This document shows, piece after piece, positions 7,983 to 17,447 of a stretch of DNA of 64,000 bases. The stretch lies in the IMG/VR virus record IMGVR_UViG_3300023184_000025, positions 124,001 to 188,000 of that record. One strand, given 5' to 3'. A model generated the notes under the pieces. That model did no database searches and was not told where the DNA came from. It worked only from the letters and a program-made list of their open reading frames with translations. How positions within the stretch are numbered: position 1 is the stretch's first letter; the number at the start of each line of letters is the position of its first letter. The position numbers and the translations under genes were made by a program.

Positions 7983-8555
7983 TTATTCAACAGGTAGTGC
8001 CCTGTTAACTTTCTGTGTGCAAGTCAATGTGCTTTCGTTAGTAATTAAATATTGCCATCTACCAACTTGTGCAGGGTCGGTTGGATTTTTATCAGGAACC
8101 GTTACTCCGTTAATCTGAACGTTTTCTCTTCCATCGCCACCAGTAACAAAATTATCCACAGTCACAAAATTATCCACAGATGCCATTACAAAGGTTCTTC
8201 CTGGATCGTCAGCACTAAAAATTGGTCCAGCAGGAATAGAGTCAGGATTGTTTTTGTCTGGCAAACGACTTGGATCTACTGTGTATACGTCGCCACCGTA
8301 ATTAGCGGTAATTTTGCCCCAGAATAAATCACCACCGGTCACAGTTAAAGTCAACGGAATTTCACCATATACAGAAGTGTCTGCTTCAAATGTAAACAGT
8401 TCCGATAGGCCGTCGTTGTTAGTCCCAGGAGTTGCCCCGGCTGATGCAGATACTGCGCCTGTAAATACTGCTTGATTGTTAAAATTTAACCTTACTATTA
8501 CAGGTCCAACTGTAGTGAATGCGTTACCATAAAATTTAAATGTGCGTGTAGCCAT
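7983..8555 (-). CDS. Late beta-rich hypothetical protein, probably virion-associated
   Basis: TATAAATA plus AGGAG SD upstream; own terminator; G/T/N/V-rich. Confidence 0.75.
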   Translation of the reverse strand: MATRTFKFYGNAFTTVGPVIVRLNFNNQAVFTGAVSASAGATPGTNNDGLSELFTFEADTSVYGEIPLTLTVTGGDLFWGKITANYGGDVYTVDPSRLPDKNNPDSIPAGPIFSADDPGRTFVMASVDNFVTVDNFVTGGDGRENVQINGVTVPDKNPTDPAQVGRWQYLITNESTLTCTQKVNRALPVE

Positions 8556-8575
8556 TGTGTTATCTCCTATTGCAG

Positions 8576-9295
8576 TTATTTATACCGGATCCAAAACTTC
8601 TGCACAACCGGATCGGTAATTTCGTGAGGTTTGGGATTTCCGTGAAAAATAGCAATACGTGTTGTGGGATCTAATAATGTGCCTGCACCAGGACGACGAT
8701 ATTTTCTTGTTTTAAAGTCAAGACCTCCGTCCAGTAATTGCCAACGCCAGCTTTTGATTAAATTACTGTCAAAGAACCGTATATCCTTTGGGTTTAATGT
8801 TGCTGACAAATAGTCCTGATCACCTGGATATTTTCTTATTAAGTCTGCCAGATTTTGCTTTAAAAAGTCATCCCAGATATAGCTAAATTTAACTGTGTCC
8901 CAAAGCATTAAACTTGAGTTAATTCCTGCCCAATCTCGCCACAGGTATTTAAAATCTTTAATTGTCCAAAAATACTTGCTACTATCGCTCCATAAACAGT
9001 CTATGTTTTCAAATATAACCGTGTCAAGATCTAAGTACAACATTCTGCCCTGAAAATGTTCTGGGTTAAAAAGTTGTAACTTGTACCACCAACTTTGTCT
9101 AGGTCCAGAAACTCCTGGCCAATCTATTAATTCGTGTTTGATAAAAGGTGGCGGTACACCACGAAAAGCTTCTGTGTAAACATGAAATCGCACGTCCATG
9201 CTGACGTTTCTACAAATCATATGATATAAAGTATCAACATAGGACCAGTTATATTTGTCTCCATGTATCAAACATGCGCAGTCAATTGTGGTCAT
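8576..9295 (-). CDS. GT8-like glycosyltransferase (GT-A fold)
   Basis: MLYLDLDTVIF (DxD), NSSLM, GDQDYL, IFHGNPKP. Confidence 0.85.
   Translation of the reverse strand: MTTIDCACLIHGDKYNWSYVDTLYHMICRNVSMDVRFHVYTEAFRGVPPPFIKHELIDWPGVSGPRQSWWYKLQLFNPEHFQGRMLYLDLDTVIFENIDCLWSDSSKYFWTIKDFKYLWRDWAGINSSLMLWDTVKFSYIWDDFLKQNLADLIRKYPGDQDYLSATLNPKDIRFFDSNLIKSWRWQLLDGGLDFKTRKYRRPGAGTLLDPTTRIAIFHGNPKPHEITDPVVQKFWIRYK
8577..8584 (-). promoter_or_regulatory. T4-type late promoter TATAAATA
   Basis: Exact consensus upstream of the SD and ATG 8555. Confidence 0.75.
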
Positions 9296-10083
9296 AAAGG
9301 TGGGTTATGCCAAAAGTGTGGATATTGTTGTAATACCTGTTGTACCAGTGCAGGATACACAGTTGAGACAACATGGGTAGTACACTTATGATTGATAGCT
9401 GATATTGTGTCTAACTGTTTAAAAGCATGCAATACTTGCTCAGGATCTCTGTGTTGACTTTCTATACAACTAACCACTTTATTTTTTATTAGATCATCAC
9501 TGCCCATCCAGGTCCAGTGCCAGCCAACTGATTCATCTAGACCAACACAATGACTACGGTTTTTTCTTTTAACTACTGCTAGATTGCCTTTGTACAAGTC
9601 ATGCGGTGTTTCAAACATACCACGCCTGGCAACCACACTACCTTTCCATCCACGATCTGCACGTTGGTCAACTCGGTACATATACATATCAAATCCACAA
9701 CTTACTGGCCTATTATGTTGATCCATTTGATTAACAATTTTACTCCACTTGGTTGGATCAATGACCTCGTCGAGATCTCCGTGAATAACAATATCATCTG
9801 AATTGCAACTGCCAAGTGCAGTTTTAAATCCCTGTCTCATTGCCGTTTCGCAAATCAGGTTAGTCTGATCAGCAGTTAGTGGTAATCGAATTACTTGTAT
9901 TCTGTCTGAGTATTTGTCATTGTACTTTTTTAAATTGTCAGTCAAGTAATAGGGCTTTTCAATACCACTAAATGTTCTACTTGCTTCTAAAACTATCCAG
10001 CGATCTACATAGTGGTCGGTAATTGCTAGATGTATGTCTAGCATGTCAAATTCGTTGTTAAACAATAAGGTGTCAATGACCAT
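9292..10083 (-). CDS. GT17-like glycosyltransferase (beta-1,4-GlcNAc transferase family)
   Basis: FNNEFDMLDIHL, VDRWIVLEASRTFSG-x-x-KP, HGDLDEV, GWHWTW. Confidence 0.8.
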   Translation of the reverse strand: MVIDTLLFNNEFDMLDIHLAITDHYVDRWIVLEASRTFSGIEKPYYLTDNLKKYNDKYSDRIQVIRLPLTADQTNLICETAMRQGFKTALGSCNSDDIVIHGDLDEVIDPTKWSKIVNQMDQHNRPVSCGFDMYMYRVDQRADRGWKGSVVARRGMFETPHDLYKGNLAVVKRKNRSHCVGLDESVGWHWTWMGSDDLIKNKVVSCIESQHRDPEQVLHAFKQLDTISAINHKCTTHVVSTVYPALVQQVLQQYPHFWHNPPL

Positions 10084-10084
10084 T

Positions 10085-10723
10085 TTAAAACTTATAAATT
10101 ATTTGATATTCATCGTACACAGGATGTTTACCTTTTGATTCAAGATATTCAACAATTCTACGACCTTTGCCAGTTCTTAGATTTGTGTTTTTGAATCTGC
10201 TGTTGTCATCTATTGCCACAATGCATCCTGATTTTAAGTAAGATTCGATTACTTTAAATTCGTTTAAATGGTGCTCGGCGCTGTCCTTATCATTTTCCCA
10301 CTTGACGTCCCACGAATCTAAGTAAAACAAATCAACCATGGATAAATCAGACTGTTCGCTCAACCAAGTTACGCTGTCACTGCATGTGACTTTGAAATTT
10401 TTTGACAGTATTGCTGTTGATGCTGAGGCACAGGCACCCGGGTCAATATCCACTGACCTCACGGACCCGTTGTGCATATCTACAAATTCAGTGAATAATT
10501 TTGCACTCTGACCGTCTTTCCAGTTGCCCGGATTTCGTAGAGTGCCAGTTTCAATTATGTGGTACTGATCTTGACTACGATTTACTAGTTCAGCAAACAT
10601 AATGTTGAATCCGTGTGCTCGTTGATATAGTCCATCAACTAACCCTCGCTTTATTGCGCTAACACGTGGATTTAATAAATTGTAATAATTTTTTCGGTAA
10701 AACTCTAACCAGTCTTGTTTCAT
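10085..10723 (-). CDS. Class I SAM methyltransferase (Methyltransf_24-like)
   Basis: IIETGT, VRSVDID, CSDSVTWL, DLFYLDS, IVAIDD. Confidence 0.8.
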   Translation of the reverse strand: MKQDWLEFYRKNYYNLLNPRVSAIKRGLVDGLYQRAHGFNIMFAELVNRSQDQYHIIETGTLRNPGNWKDGQSAKLFTEFVDMHNGSVRSVDIDPGACASASTAILSKNFKVTCSDSVTWLSEQSDLSMVDLFYLDSWDVKWENDKDSAEHHLNEFKVIESYLKSGCIVAIDDNSRFKNTNLRTGKGRRIVEYLESKGKHPVYDEYQIIYKF

Positions 10724-10730
10724 TCTTTAT

Positions 10731-11312
10731 TTAAAGTAAATTGTTATCAGCTGTTGGTTTTGTAACCAACCAACAACGGCCTGATCTGTGTACTTTTATA
10801 TTCATTGGTCCAAAAAAATCCCAAACGGCCTGTTGAACTCCTGGGTAACCTTTTGTGTAGTCATCACCGGCAAACATAGAACCTGGGCGCATTTTTGGCC
10901 ACCAGGCAGTGAGATCTTTTGTTACTGCTTCATAGCTGTGGCCAGCATCCACGTAACAAAAGTCTACAGATTGATCTTGAAATTGGTTGGCTGCGTTCCA
11001 ACTCATCATGGTCAACATAGTGATTGAATCTATCACTGGTTCGATATTTTTACGGAAAATATTTTCCATGTTCTGCACTACACCTTGATCGTATGCTATA
11101 TCAGACTCACCTTTCCAACTGTCTACACAATAAAATTCACCTAACTTGTCTTGATTGATTAACTCAACCACGCAATATGCCGCACTACGCCCTGTCCAAG
11201 ATCCTAGCTCAACCCAGGTGCCGTTTTTAGGGAATTGTTCTAACACAAGGTCAAGCATGACTGTGTTTCTAACGCTCATAAATCCGTCTATGCCTTGATA
11301 AAAGTGGTCCAT
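10731..11312 (-). CDS. Class I SAM methyltransferase (Methyltransf_24-like); start revised to ATG 11312
   Basis: WVELGSWTGRSA, YCVDSW, DFCYVDAGHSYEAVTKDL, GDDY; TAAATA 4 nt before ATG 11312. Confidence 0.85.
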   Translation of the reverse strand: MDHFYQGIDGFMSVRNTVMLDLVLEQFPKNGTWVELGSWTGRSAAYCVVELINQDKLGEFYCVDSWKGESDIAYDQGVVQNMENIFRKNIEPVIDSITMLTMMSWNAANQFQDQSVDFCYVDAGHSYEAVTKDLTAWWPKMRPGSMFAGDDYTKGYPGVQQAVWDFFGPMNIKVHRSGRCWLVTKPTADNNLL

Positions 11313-11316
11313 ATTA

Positions 11317-11344
11317 TATTTACCATAATATACGTAGATAAATA
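11317..11344. promoter_or_regulatory. Back-to-back divergent late promoters (TAAATA minus 11322-11317; TAAATA plus 11339-11344)
   Basis: 4 and 5 nt from ATG 11312 and ATG 11350 respectively. Confidence 0.65.
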
Positions 11345-11349
11345 TTTCT

Positions 11350-12105
11350 ATGAAAATCGTACTTGTTACAGGTGGGTTTGATCCCATACACTCCGGGCAC
11401 CTTGCTTACTTTCAGTCGGCAAAACAATTAGGTGACAAACTAATTGTCGGACTTAACTCAGACGCATGGCTTACTCGTAAAAAAGGTAGGCCTTTTATGC
11501 CCATGAGTGAACGTTTTGCACTAATTGGTGCGTTAAGCATTGTAGACGAAGTTGTGGTTTACAACGATGATGATAACTCCAGTTGCAATGCAATTCAGTT
11601 GATCAAACAACGCTACCCCGGTGAACAAATTGTGTTTGCCAATGGTGGCGATCGCACCCGAGACAACATTCCCGAAATGATATTTGACGATGTTGAATTT
11701 GCGTTTGGGGTAGGCGGTGAAAACAAAATGAACTCTAGTTCATGGATCCTTGAGGATTGGAAGAAACCCCGGACCACCCGCGCCTGGGGATACTATCGTG
11801 TGTTACACGAAGTGGGTGCAAACACCAAACTCAAAGAGCTAACTGTTACGCCCAAGACATGTTTGAGCATGCAACGTCATGACCAACGTGCGGAGTTTTG
11901 GTTTGTTGCCGAAGGTGAAGCCGCTGTTTATACACTAGACTCTGGTAGTGATCACGATTTAGTTGGCACATATGGTCTGCATGAATATGTGTTTATTGAC
12001 AAAGGACAATGGCACATGCTATGCAACGAAACAAATCAGCCATTAAAATTAATTGAAATTCAGTACGGTGAGAACTGCATTGAAGAGGATATTGAAAGAA
12101 AATGA
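11350..12105 (+). CDS. HIGH-family nucleotidyltransferase (HldE/TagD-like) fused to a mannose-6-P isomerase type II-like cupin
   Basis: VTGGFDPIHSGH, GLNSD, ANGGDR; C-terminal RAWGYYRVL, LSMQRH..RAEFWFVAEG, EIQYG. Confidence 0.88.
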   Translation: MKIVLVTGGFDPIHSGHLAYFQSAKQLGDKLIVGLNSDAWLTRKKGRPFMPMSERFALIGALSIVDEVVVYNDDDNSSCNAIQLIKQRYPGEQIVFANGGDRTRDNIPEMIFDDVEFAFGVGGENKMNSSSWILEDWKKPRTTRAWGYYRVLHEVGANTKLKELTVTPKTCLSMQRHDQRAEFWFVAEGEAAVYTLDSGSDHDLVGTYGLHEYVFIDKGQWHMLCNETNQPLKLIEIQYGENCIEEDIERK

Positions 12106-12779
12106 TTCCAATTTTTATAGGGTATGACCCTAGAGAAGCAATTGCATTTCATACCTGTTCTAATAGTATTATTAGACATGCAACACAACCAGTGCAGATT
12201 ATTCCATTGGCATTAAACCTATTTAAAGACTACAAAGAAACACACACAGATGGCAGCAATCAATTTATCTATAGTAGATTTCTTGTGCCGCACTTGATGC
12301 AATTCAATGGATGGGCTATTTTTATAGACGGTGATATGGTTGTGCGTGACGACATTACTAAATTGTGGGAATTACAAAACCCCTATAAGGATGTATTGGT
12401 AGTCAAGCATGATTATAAAACAAAAATGTCTGAGAAATACCTTGGTTCAAAGAATGAAGACTATCCTAGAAAAAATTGGAGTAGTGTTATTTTATGGAAC
12501 TGTAATAGCTTTCCTAATCGTAAACTAACACCAGAATTTATACAAAAAGCCACAGGAGCCGAACTGCATCGATTTACCTGGATTGATGATAAACGCCTTG
12601 GTGAACTGCCACCTGAATGGAATTGGTTGCCCGATGAATACGGGCCAAACCCCGCGGCCAAGCTCTTGCACTATACCTTGGGCACTCCATGCTTCCACGA
12701 GTTTGCTGACACACCACAAGGCAACGAGTGGCACAGAGAACGCATACTCACTGAGTATTGTTTACAAAGGACACTATAA
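12102..12779 (+). CDS. GT-A glycosyltransferase (GT8-related)
   Basis: IFIGYDPRE, FIYSRFLVP, FIDGDM, PRKNWSSV, WNWL, LHYTLGTP. Confidence 0.82.
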   Translation: MIPIFIGYDPREAIAFHTCSNSIIRHATQPVQIIPLALNLFKDYKETHTDGSNQFIYSRFLVPHLMQFNGWAIFIDGDMVVRDDITKLWELQNPYKDVLVVKHDYKTKMSEKYLGSKNEDYPRKNWSSVILWNCNSFPNRKLTPEFIQKATGAELHRFTWIDDKRLGELPPEWNWLPDEYGPNPAAKLLHYTLGTPCFHEFADTPQGNEWHRERILTEYCLQRTL

Positions 12780-13588
12780 TGGGTAAGTGGTTATTTCTTA
12801 GCAAGAATGGCAAGGATGAATATATCAATATGTTTGCCGCGGGTTGTGGTGGGGAGATAACCAACTCCGACGACTTTGATTATTATTATGATGTATTAGT
12901 TGATGATAGACCCGTAGTACTGCGTGGAATTTTAAAACATAAAATTATGCGCAGTTGCTGGGAAGATAATAAAACATTCTATTACATGGACAGTGGCTAC
13001 TTTGGTAATCAACCCGGGCACCAGAATCCCCAAGGATGGAAGCTTTGGCACAGAATTGTAAAGAATGATCTTCAACACAACGAAATAGTTCCTAGGCCCG
13101 GTGATAGATGGAAAAAACTTCGAATTGACCTGGGTCCAAGAAGACATGGAAAAACAATAATTGTTGCGGCCCCCGATGAAAAACCTTGCAAGTTTTATGG
13201 AATTGATTTAGAAACCTGGCTCATTGAAACTGTGGAAACTTTAAAAAAATACACAGACCGGCCAATTATTATCAGACAACGTGAGCCAAAAAGAATAGAC
13301 CGTGTACAATTGAATCCATTATCTGCTATTTTGTCAAGAGATGTACATGCATTAGTAACATTTAACAGCGTTGCAGCCACAGAAGCAGTCATGCAGGGAA
13401 TTCCAGCATTTGTGTTGGCTCCATCAAATGCGGCAACGCCGGTTGGCAACACAGATCTGAGTAAGATCGAAACACCTTACTACCCCGATACAGATAAACT
13501 TCATGCCTGGGCTCATCATCTTGCATACGGACAGTTTCATGTGGATGAGTTACGAAATGGTACTGCATATAGGATTTTAACAACATGA
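12779..13588 (+). CDS. KpsS/capsule-synthesis-like GT-B transferase, paralog 1
   Basis: TAATG-coupled start; YYMDSGY, IIIRQR, LVTFNSVAATEAVMQGIPAFV. Confidence 0.65.
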   Translation: MGKWLFLSKNGKDEYINMFAAGCGGEITNSDDFDYYYDVLVDDRPVVLRGILKHKIMRSCWEDNKTFYYMDSGYFGNQPGHQNPQGWKLWHRIVKNDLQHNEIVPRPGDRWKKLRIDLGPRRHGKTIIVAAPDEKPCKFYGIDLETWLIETVETLKKYTDRPIIIRQREPKRIDRVQLNPLSAILSRDVHALVTFNSVAATEAVMQGIPAFVLAPSNAATPVGNTDLSKIETPYYPDTDKLHAWAHHLAYGQFHVDELRNGTAYRILTT

Positions 13589-14547
13589 AGGTTATAAGTT
13601 ATCTCTCAACCTTGCCTAAGAAACAAGAGCCTACACCTGAGTCTTTGCAAAAACAAAATAATAAGGCAAATACACTAAGATATTTTATCGACGGAGTAAT
13701 TAACGCTGGCGATGAAGGACAGGTGATTGAAACTATGCAATACGAACCAGCTGATGTTGCAATGATACTAGGCTGGGTTCACGAAAACGGTAAAACTGGT
13801 GCGCACCTGGCGTTCAGACAAGAAATCATCGATCGTCAAAAAGCCATTGGTGGTAGGACTGTTATTGCAGATAGCAATTTGTTTTTGTATAAAAATACTA
13901 CCAATCCTGGATACTGGTTGCGTTATAGCTACGATGGAGTTTTTCCAACCACTGGCGAATATTGCGATCATGAACCTGATCCAGTTAGATGGGAGATTAT
14001 AAAACAAGCCATTGGTGTTGAACTAAGTCCCTGGCGAAAAAATGGAGACCATATTTTGCTTTGCCTTCAACGAGATGGTGGTTGGAGTATGGCAGGGTGG
14101 AATGTGGTTGATTGGGCACTAAATGTCATAACAACATTAAGAAAGTTTACACAAAGAAGTATTCGTATAAGAGCCCACCCTGGCGATAAACGAGCAAAAA
14201 AATACTGCGATCGTCTACTAAAACTTTGTAGAGGAAGAGCATTGCTTAATGTTCATTTCAGCACCAATGAAAGATTAGAAGATGACCTTGGTCGATGTTG
14301 GGCCATGGTTAATCATAATAGTAGTCCTGCAGTTGCATCTGCATTACAGGGCATTCCGGTATTTGTTACTGATCCGGACCGAAGTCAGTGCAAAGAAATT
14401 GCCAATATCAATCTGGCAAATATAGAAAATCCTATTATATACGACCGAGAGTCGTGGATAAAACGCATAAGTCAATTCCACTGGAGCCATTCAGAACTTA
14501 AATCTGGGCATTGCTGGAGACACATGAAACGATGGGCTAACAAATGA
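13585..14547 (+). CDS. KpsS/capsule-synthesis-like GT-B transferase, paralog 2
   Basis: LLCLQRDG, IRIRAHPGD, VNHNSSPAVASALQGIPVFV. Confidence 0.65.
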   Translation: MKVISYLSTLPKKQEPTPESLQKQNNKANTLRYFIDGVINAGDEGQVIETMQYEPADVAMILGWVHENGKTGAHLAFRQEIIDRQKAIGGRTVIADSNLFLYKNTTNPGYWLRYSYDGVFPTTGEYCDHEPDPVRWEIIKQAIGVELSPWRKNGDHILLCLQRDGGWSMAGWNVVDWALNVITTLRKFTQRSIRIRAHPGDKRAKKYCDRLLKLCRGRALLNVHFSTNERLEDDLGRCWAMVNHNSSPAVASALQGIPVFVTDPDRSQCKEIANINLANIENPIIYDRESWIKRISQFHWSHSELKSGHCWRHMKRWANK

Positions 14548-15272
14548 TAGAAATTATTACTAGTTTTGATCAACGATATTATGATTTAATTGGTAAAGAC
14601 TGTGTTAATTCCTGGTTGAAACATTGGAATCCGTATTATAAACTCACTTGTTATGTTGAGGACTTTTCATTTTCTAATAATTACAGAATTAAACAAATAC
14701 AGTTCGATCAATTAGATCAGGACTATTACGCATTACAAAAAGAAGACTTTCATAGAAGCGTTAAAAGATTTTCAAAGAAGGCATATAGTTTTATCCATGC
14801 TATGAATAATACTGACCAACAGTGGATATTATGGATTGACGCAGATGTGATTACGGAAAGTACCATGCCGTGGGATTTTTGGAATAAAATTCTTAATCCG
14901 TCGCATTTATCTTTGTATTTGGGAGTATCATATACCGAAGATAAACAAGGTAATACAGGCAGTTGGCTAGTGCCCGAAACTGGAGTTTTTGCTGTTAATA
15001 CGCATCATCCAAAATTTAAATTATTTAAATCAGAATACACTCGTAGGTATAAGAAAAGAGACCATAAAGATCTCAGACGATTCTATGACAATGATGTATT
15101 TGGGGCGGCAATCAAATTGTCCAAGGCCGACTGCACTGATCTATGTGCTGACTTTGCTAAACCTTATAAAACACCCATGAGACATACTGTTCTCGGTCCA
15201 TATCTGACTCATCACAAAGCTAAACACAGTAAAGAACACTACAGTCAAACTGAGTTTGACGACGACCAATAA
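14544..15272 (+). CDS. GT-A nucleotide-diphospho-sugar transferase
   Basis: KKAYSFIHA, WILWIDADV (DxD), ETGVF, HHKAK. Confidence 0.75.
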   Translation: MIEIITSFDQRYYDLIGKDCVNSWLKHWNPYYKLTCYVEDFSFSNNYRIKQIQFDQLDQDYYALQKEDFHRSVKRFSKKAYSFIHAMNNTDQQWILWIDADVITESTMPWDFWNKILNPSHLSLYLGVSYTEDKQGNTGSWLVPETGVFAVNTHHPKFKLFKSEYTRRYKKRDHKDLRRFYDNDVFGAAIKLSKADCTDLCADFAKPYKTPMRHTVLGPYLTHHKAKHSKEHYSQTEFDDDQ

Positions 15273-16072
15273 GATTCACTTCTAGGACGTACCAAATCTT
15301 TAAGATTACTGCGTCCCGAGTCTTTACGTTTGCCTTTAAGATGGTCAAGATATGCGCCCCAGGGTGTATTAATCAATGGGTGCCCTTCGCCTTTGATCAA
15401 TCCCTTAGACCAATTTAGTTGTTTCCATTCTGGATACTTTACCTGTACTTCTTTGCGTGTTTCATCAAACACCCAGCAGTCGTTGTATTCTGCCATTGAC
15501 ATAACTCGGTCCGAGTCGTATGCCAACTGGAATTCTTTAAGCCATTCTTGTGTGGTTGAATTTTTTAAATTCATTGCATACAATCCACATTCTGTAAATT
15601 TCTTTTCACGACCTAAAAACGCCAGGCCGACATCTGCTGTAACTTGTTTGTTGATAAAATCTATTGTGATAGGAGTATGACATACCATGTCAGCATCCAT
15701 CCAAAACAATACATCAGCATTGGTATTTTTTGCGGCATGACACACTGAATAAATTTTATGGCTAAAACGAATTGCATCCCATCTAAATCCCAGGCCAGGG
15801 GCCTTGCCTTTGTGATCTACAGGACCTGTGGCAACTAAACCGTTGGCTCGTGGATCGTTACACCAACGCTGTTTAAATGCTACAATTTCTGGACTTGCGG
15901 CATGCAGGTCTCTCACATATAAGTTGGGTGCAGATTGTGTAATAGTGCAATCTTCTGTGTAAACATATAGGTCAACTTCTTGAGGCCAGTTTTGTAAAAA
16001 TGTATCAATCATGCGGCTGGCATATTTTTCATAACCGGCAGCATGAAATGTTGTTAGTACTGCGTATTTCAT
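15245..16072 (-). CDS. GT-A nucleotide-diphospho-sugar transferase (paralog of 14544-15272)
   Basis: RFSHKIYSVCHA, VLFWMDADM, ECGLY, DCWVFD, DHLKGKRK. Confidence 0.78.
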   Translation of the reverse strand: MKYAVLTTFHAAGYEKYASRMIDTFLQNWPQEVDLYVYTEDCTITQSAPNLYVRDLHAASPEIVAFKQRWCNDPRANGLVATGPVDHKGKAPGLGFRWDAIRFSHKIYSVCHAAKNTNADVLFWMDADMVCHTPITIDFINKQVTADVGLAFLGREKKFTECGLYAMNLKNSTTQEWLKEFQLAYDSDRVMSMAEYNDCWVFDETRKEVQVKYPEWKQLNWSKGLIKGEGHPLINTPWGAYLDHLKGKRKDSGRSNLKDLVRPRSESYWSSSNSV

Positions 16073-16785
16073 ATTGTTTTGTATATTTTGTTTTCTTTAT
16101 TGTTCCAATACTGATGGTCAGTAATTTGTTGTTTTATAATAGAGGTATCTATCTCATCAAGTGTTTGCTTTCTAGGAACATCTAAATCTAGATTGACCTG
16201 GTCTGGATGGAACCAAAATGCATTTACTGCCCTTGTGTCAAATGTAAAAAACTCATAACCATATTGTGACCACAAATCTTTGTACTTTGACAGTGAACAG
16301 CCATAATGAAACTTTCTATTGTATGTAACTTTTTTTATTGGATTTTCAACATAAGGAAAACTAGCCCAGTCGTTACCAAAGTTCTTGTTAATCTCGCAAC
16401 ACACGGTGGCTGGACGAAATCCCGATTGCAATAGGGCTGACGCTACTTCATAATCAAAACTGTCAATATCTAAACTAAAAAAGTCTGGTTGCTGGTACTG
16501 CTCGGGGATATACTGAGTTACGTTGTCTGGAGAAATCATTTTCTGTATTTTAATCAACTGATCAGGCCACCTTTCGGTCACTGATGAATTCCAGTCCCAG
16601 CCGTCTATGCCAACGCCGCAATACCCTTGATGTAGCAAGTCCAAAGTCATATTTTGTGTTCCATCGCCAAAACCAATCTCTACAAAAGTTTTTTTTGGGT
16701 CAGATATTCCAGCTAACATGTATTCAATAATCCCAGTCTCGGCATGTTGACTAAAACCTTGTCGTTCATACGGTAAATGTATCAT
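16069..16785 (-). CDS. FkbM/Methyltransf_21-like SAM methyltransferase
   Basis: ATGA-coupled start; FSQHAETGII, FVEIGFGDG, FFSLDIDSFDY, VNAFW. Confidence 0.75.
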   Translation of the reverse strand: MIHLPYERQGFSQHAETGIIEYMLAGISDPKKTFVEIGFGDGTQNMTLDLLHQGYCGVGIDGWDWNSSVTERWPDQLIKIQKMISPDNVTQYIPEQYQQPDFFSLDIDSFDYEVASALLQSGFRPATVCCEINKNFGNDWASFPYVENPIKKVTYNRKFHYGCSLSKYKDLWSQYGYEFFTFDTRAVNAFWFHPDQVNLDLDVPRKQTLDEIDTSIIKQQITDHQYWNNKENKIYKTI

Positions 16786-17429
16786 AATGGAGTCCATATT
16801 GTATTGCTCTTACTTTTAACTGGTGCGGCTTCATACGGGCCGCATAAATCATTGAGCCATTGCCTGTGTTGATCTTGCTGGCCGTTGTCCTCAATTAACA
16901 ACCAAGGTCTGTTGCGGCGTATAGTGTCACGACTTCCTTCAAGTACTGCATTTTCAAAACCCTCAACATCAATCTTGATCCAGTCCACAGATTGAAAATT
17001 GAATCGATCCAGCGTGGTCAACTCTCCAGTGTGTTGTTCAAACTCTGGGTTGGGCACAAACTCTGCCACTTGTTTGGTATGCCCACACTTGAGAGTTTGT
17101 AATTCAAATATTGCTGTTTGATCTCTATCGCCAAGACCCAAGTTATGCAATTCTACATTGTTATAATTTTCTAGATTTTTTTGCAGGACTTCAAAATTTT
17201 TAAGCACTGGTTCAAAACATACCACATGTTCAAACTGTTCAGCACTTGGTCTGGCAAATATACCAATGTTAGCACCAATATCAATCATTGTACGTTTTTG
17301 TGGAATATTATTATACACATAGTACCGGTAACGTTGTTGGTAATGTACATCTACAACATTTTGTAAACGCTCGCTGAAGAAACCATCAAGTGGTTCAGGA
17401 GAATACCAGAGTGAGTTAATTTTATACAT
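16782..17429 (-). CDS. FkbM family SAM methyltransferase
   Basis: IDIGANIG, VCFEP, LGLGD, DWIKIDVEGFE. Confidence 0.88.
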   Translation of the reverse strand: MYKINSLWYSPEPLDGFFSERLQNVVDVHYQQRYRYYVYNNIPQKRTMIDIGANIGIFARPSAEQFEHVVCFEPVLKNFEVLQKNLENYNNVELHNLGLGDRDQTAIFELQTLKCGHTKQVAEFVPNPEFEQHTGELTTLDRFNFQSVDWIKIDVEGFENAVLEGSRDTIRRNRPWLLIEDNGQQDQHRQWLNDLCGPYEAAPVKSKSNTIWTPL

Positions 17430-17430
17430 A

Positions 17431-17442
17431 TATAACTATTTA
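17431..17442. promoter_or_regulatory. Overlapping divergent late promoters in an 18-bp gap (TAAATA minus 17442-17437; TAACTA plus 17433-17438)
   Basis: 7 nt to ATG 17429 and 9 nt to ATG 17448; no SD on either side. Confidence 0.55.
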
Positions 17443-17447
17443 ACAAA

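Noticed and set aside
11313-11387. ORF-track extension of the methyltransferase (also 42892-42936 for the dNMP kinase)
   Set aside because: The first extension overlaps a divergent gene and the second a neighbouring gene on the same strand; family motifs start at the downstream ATGs.
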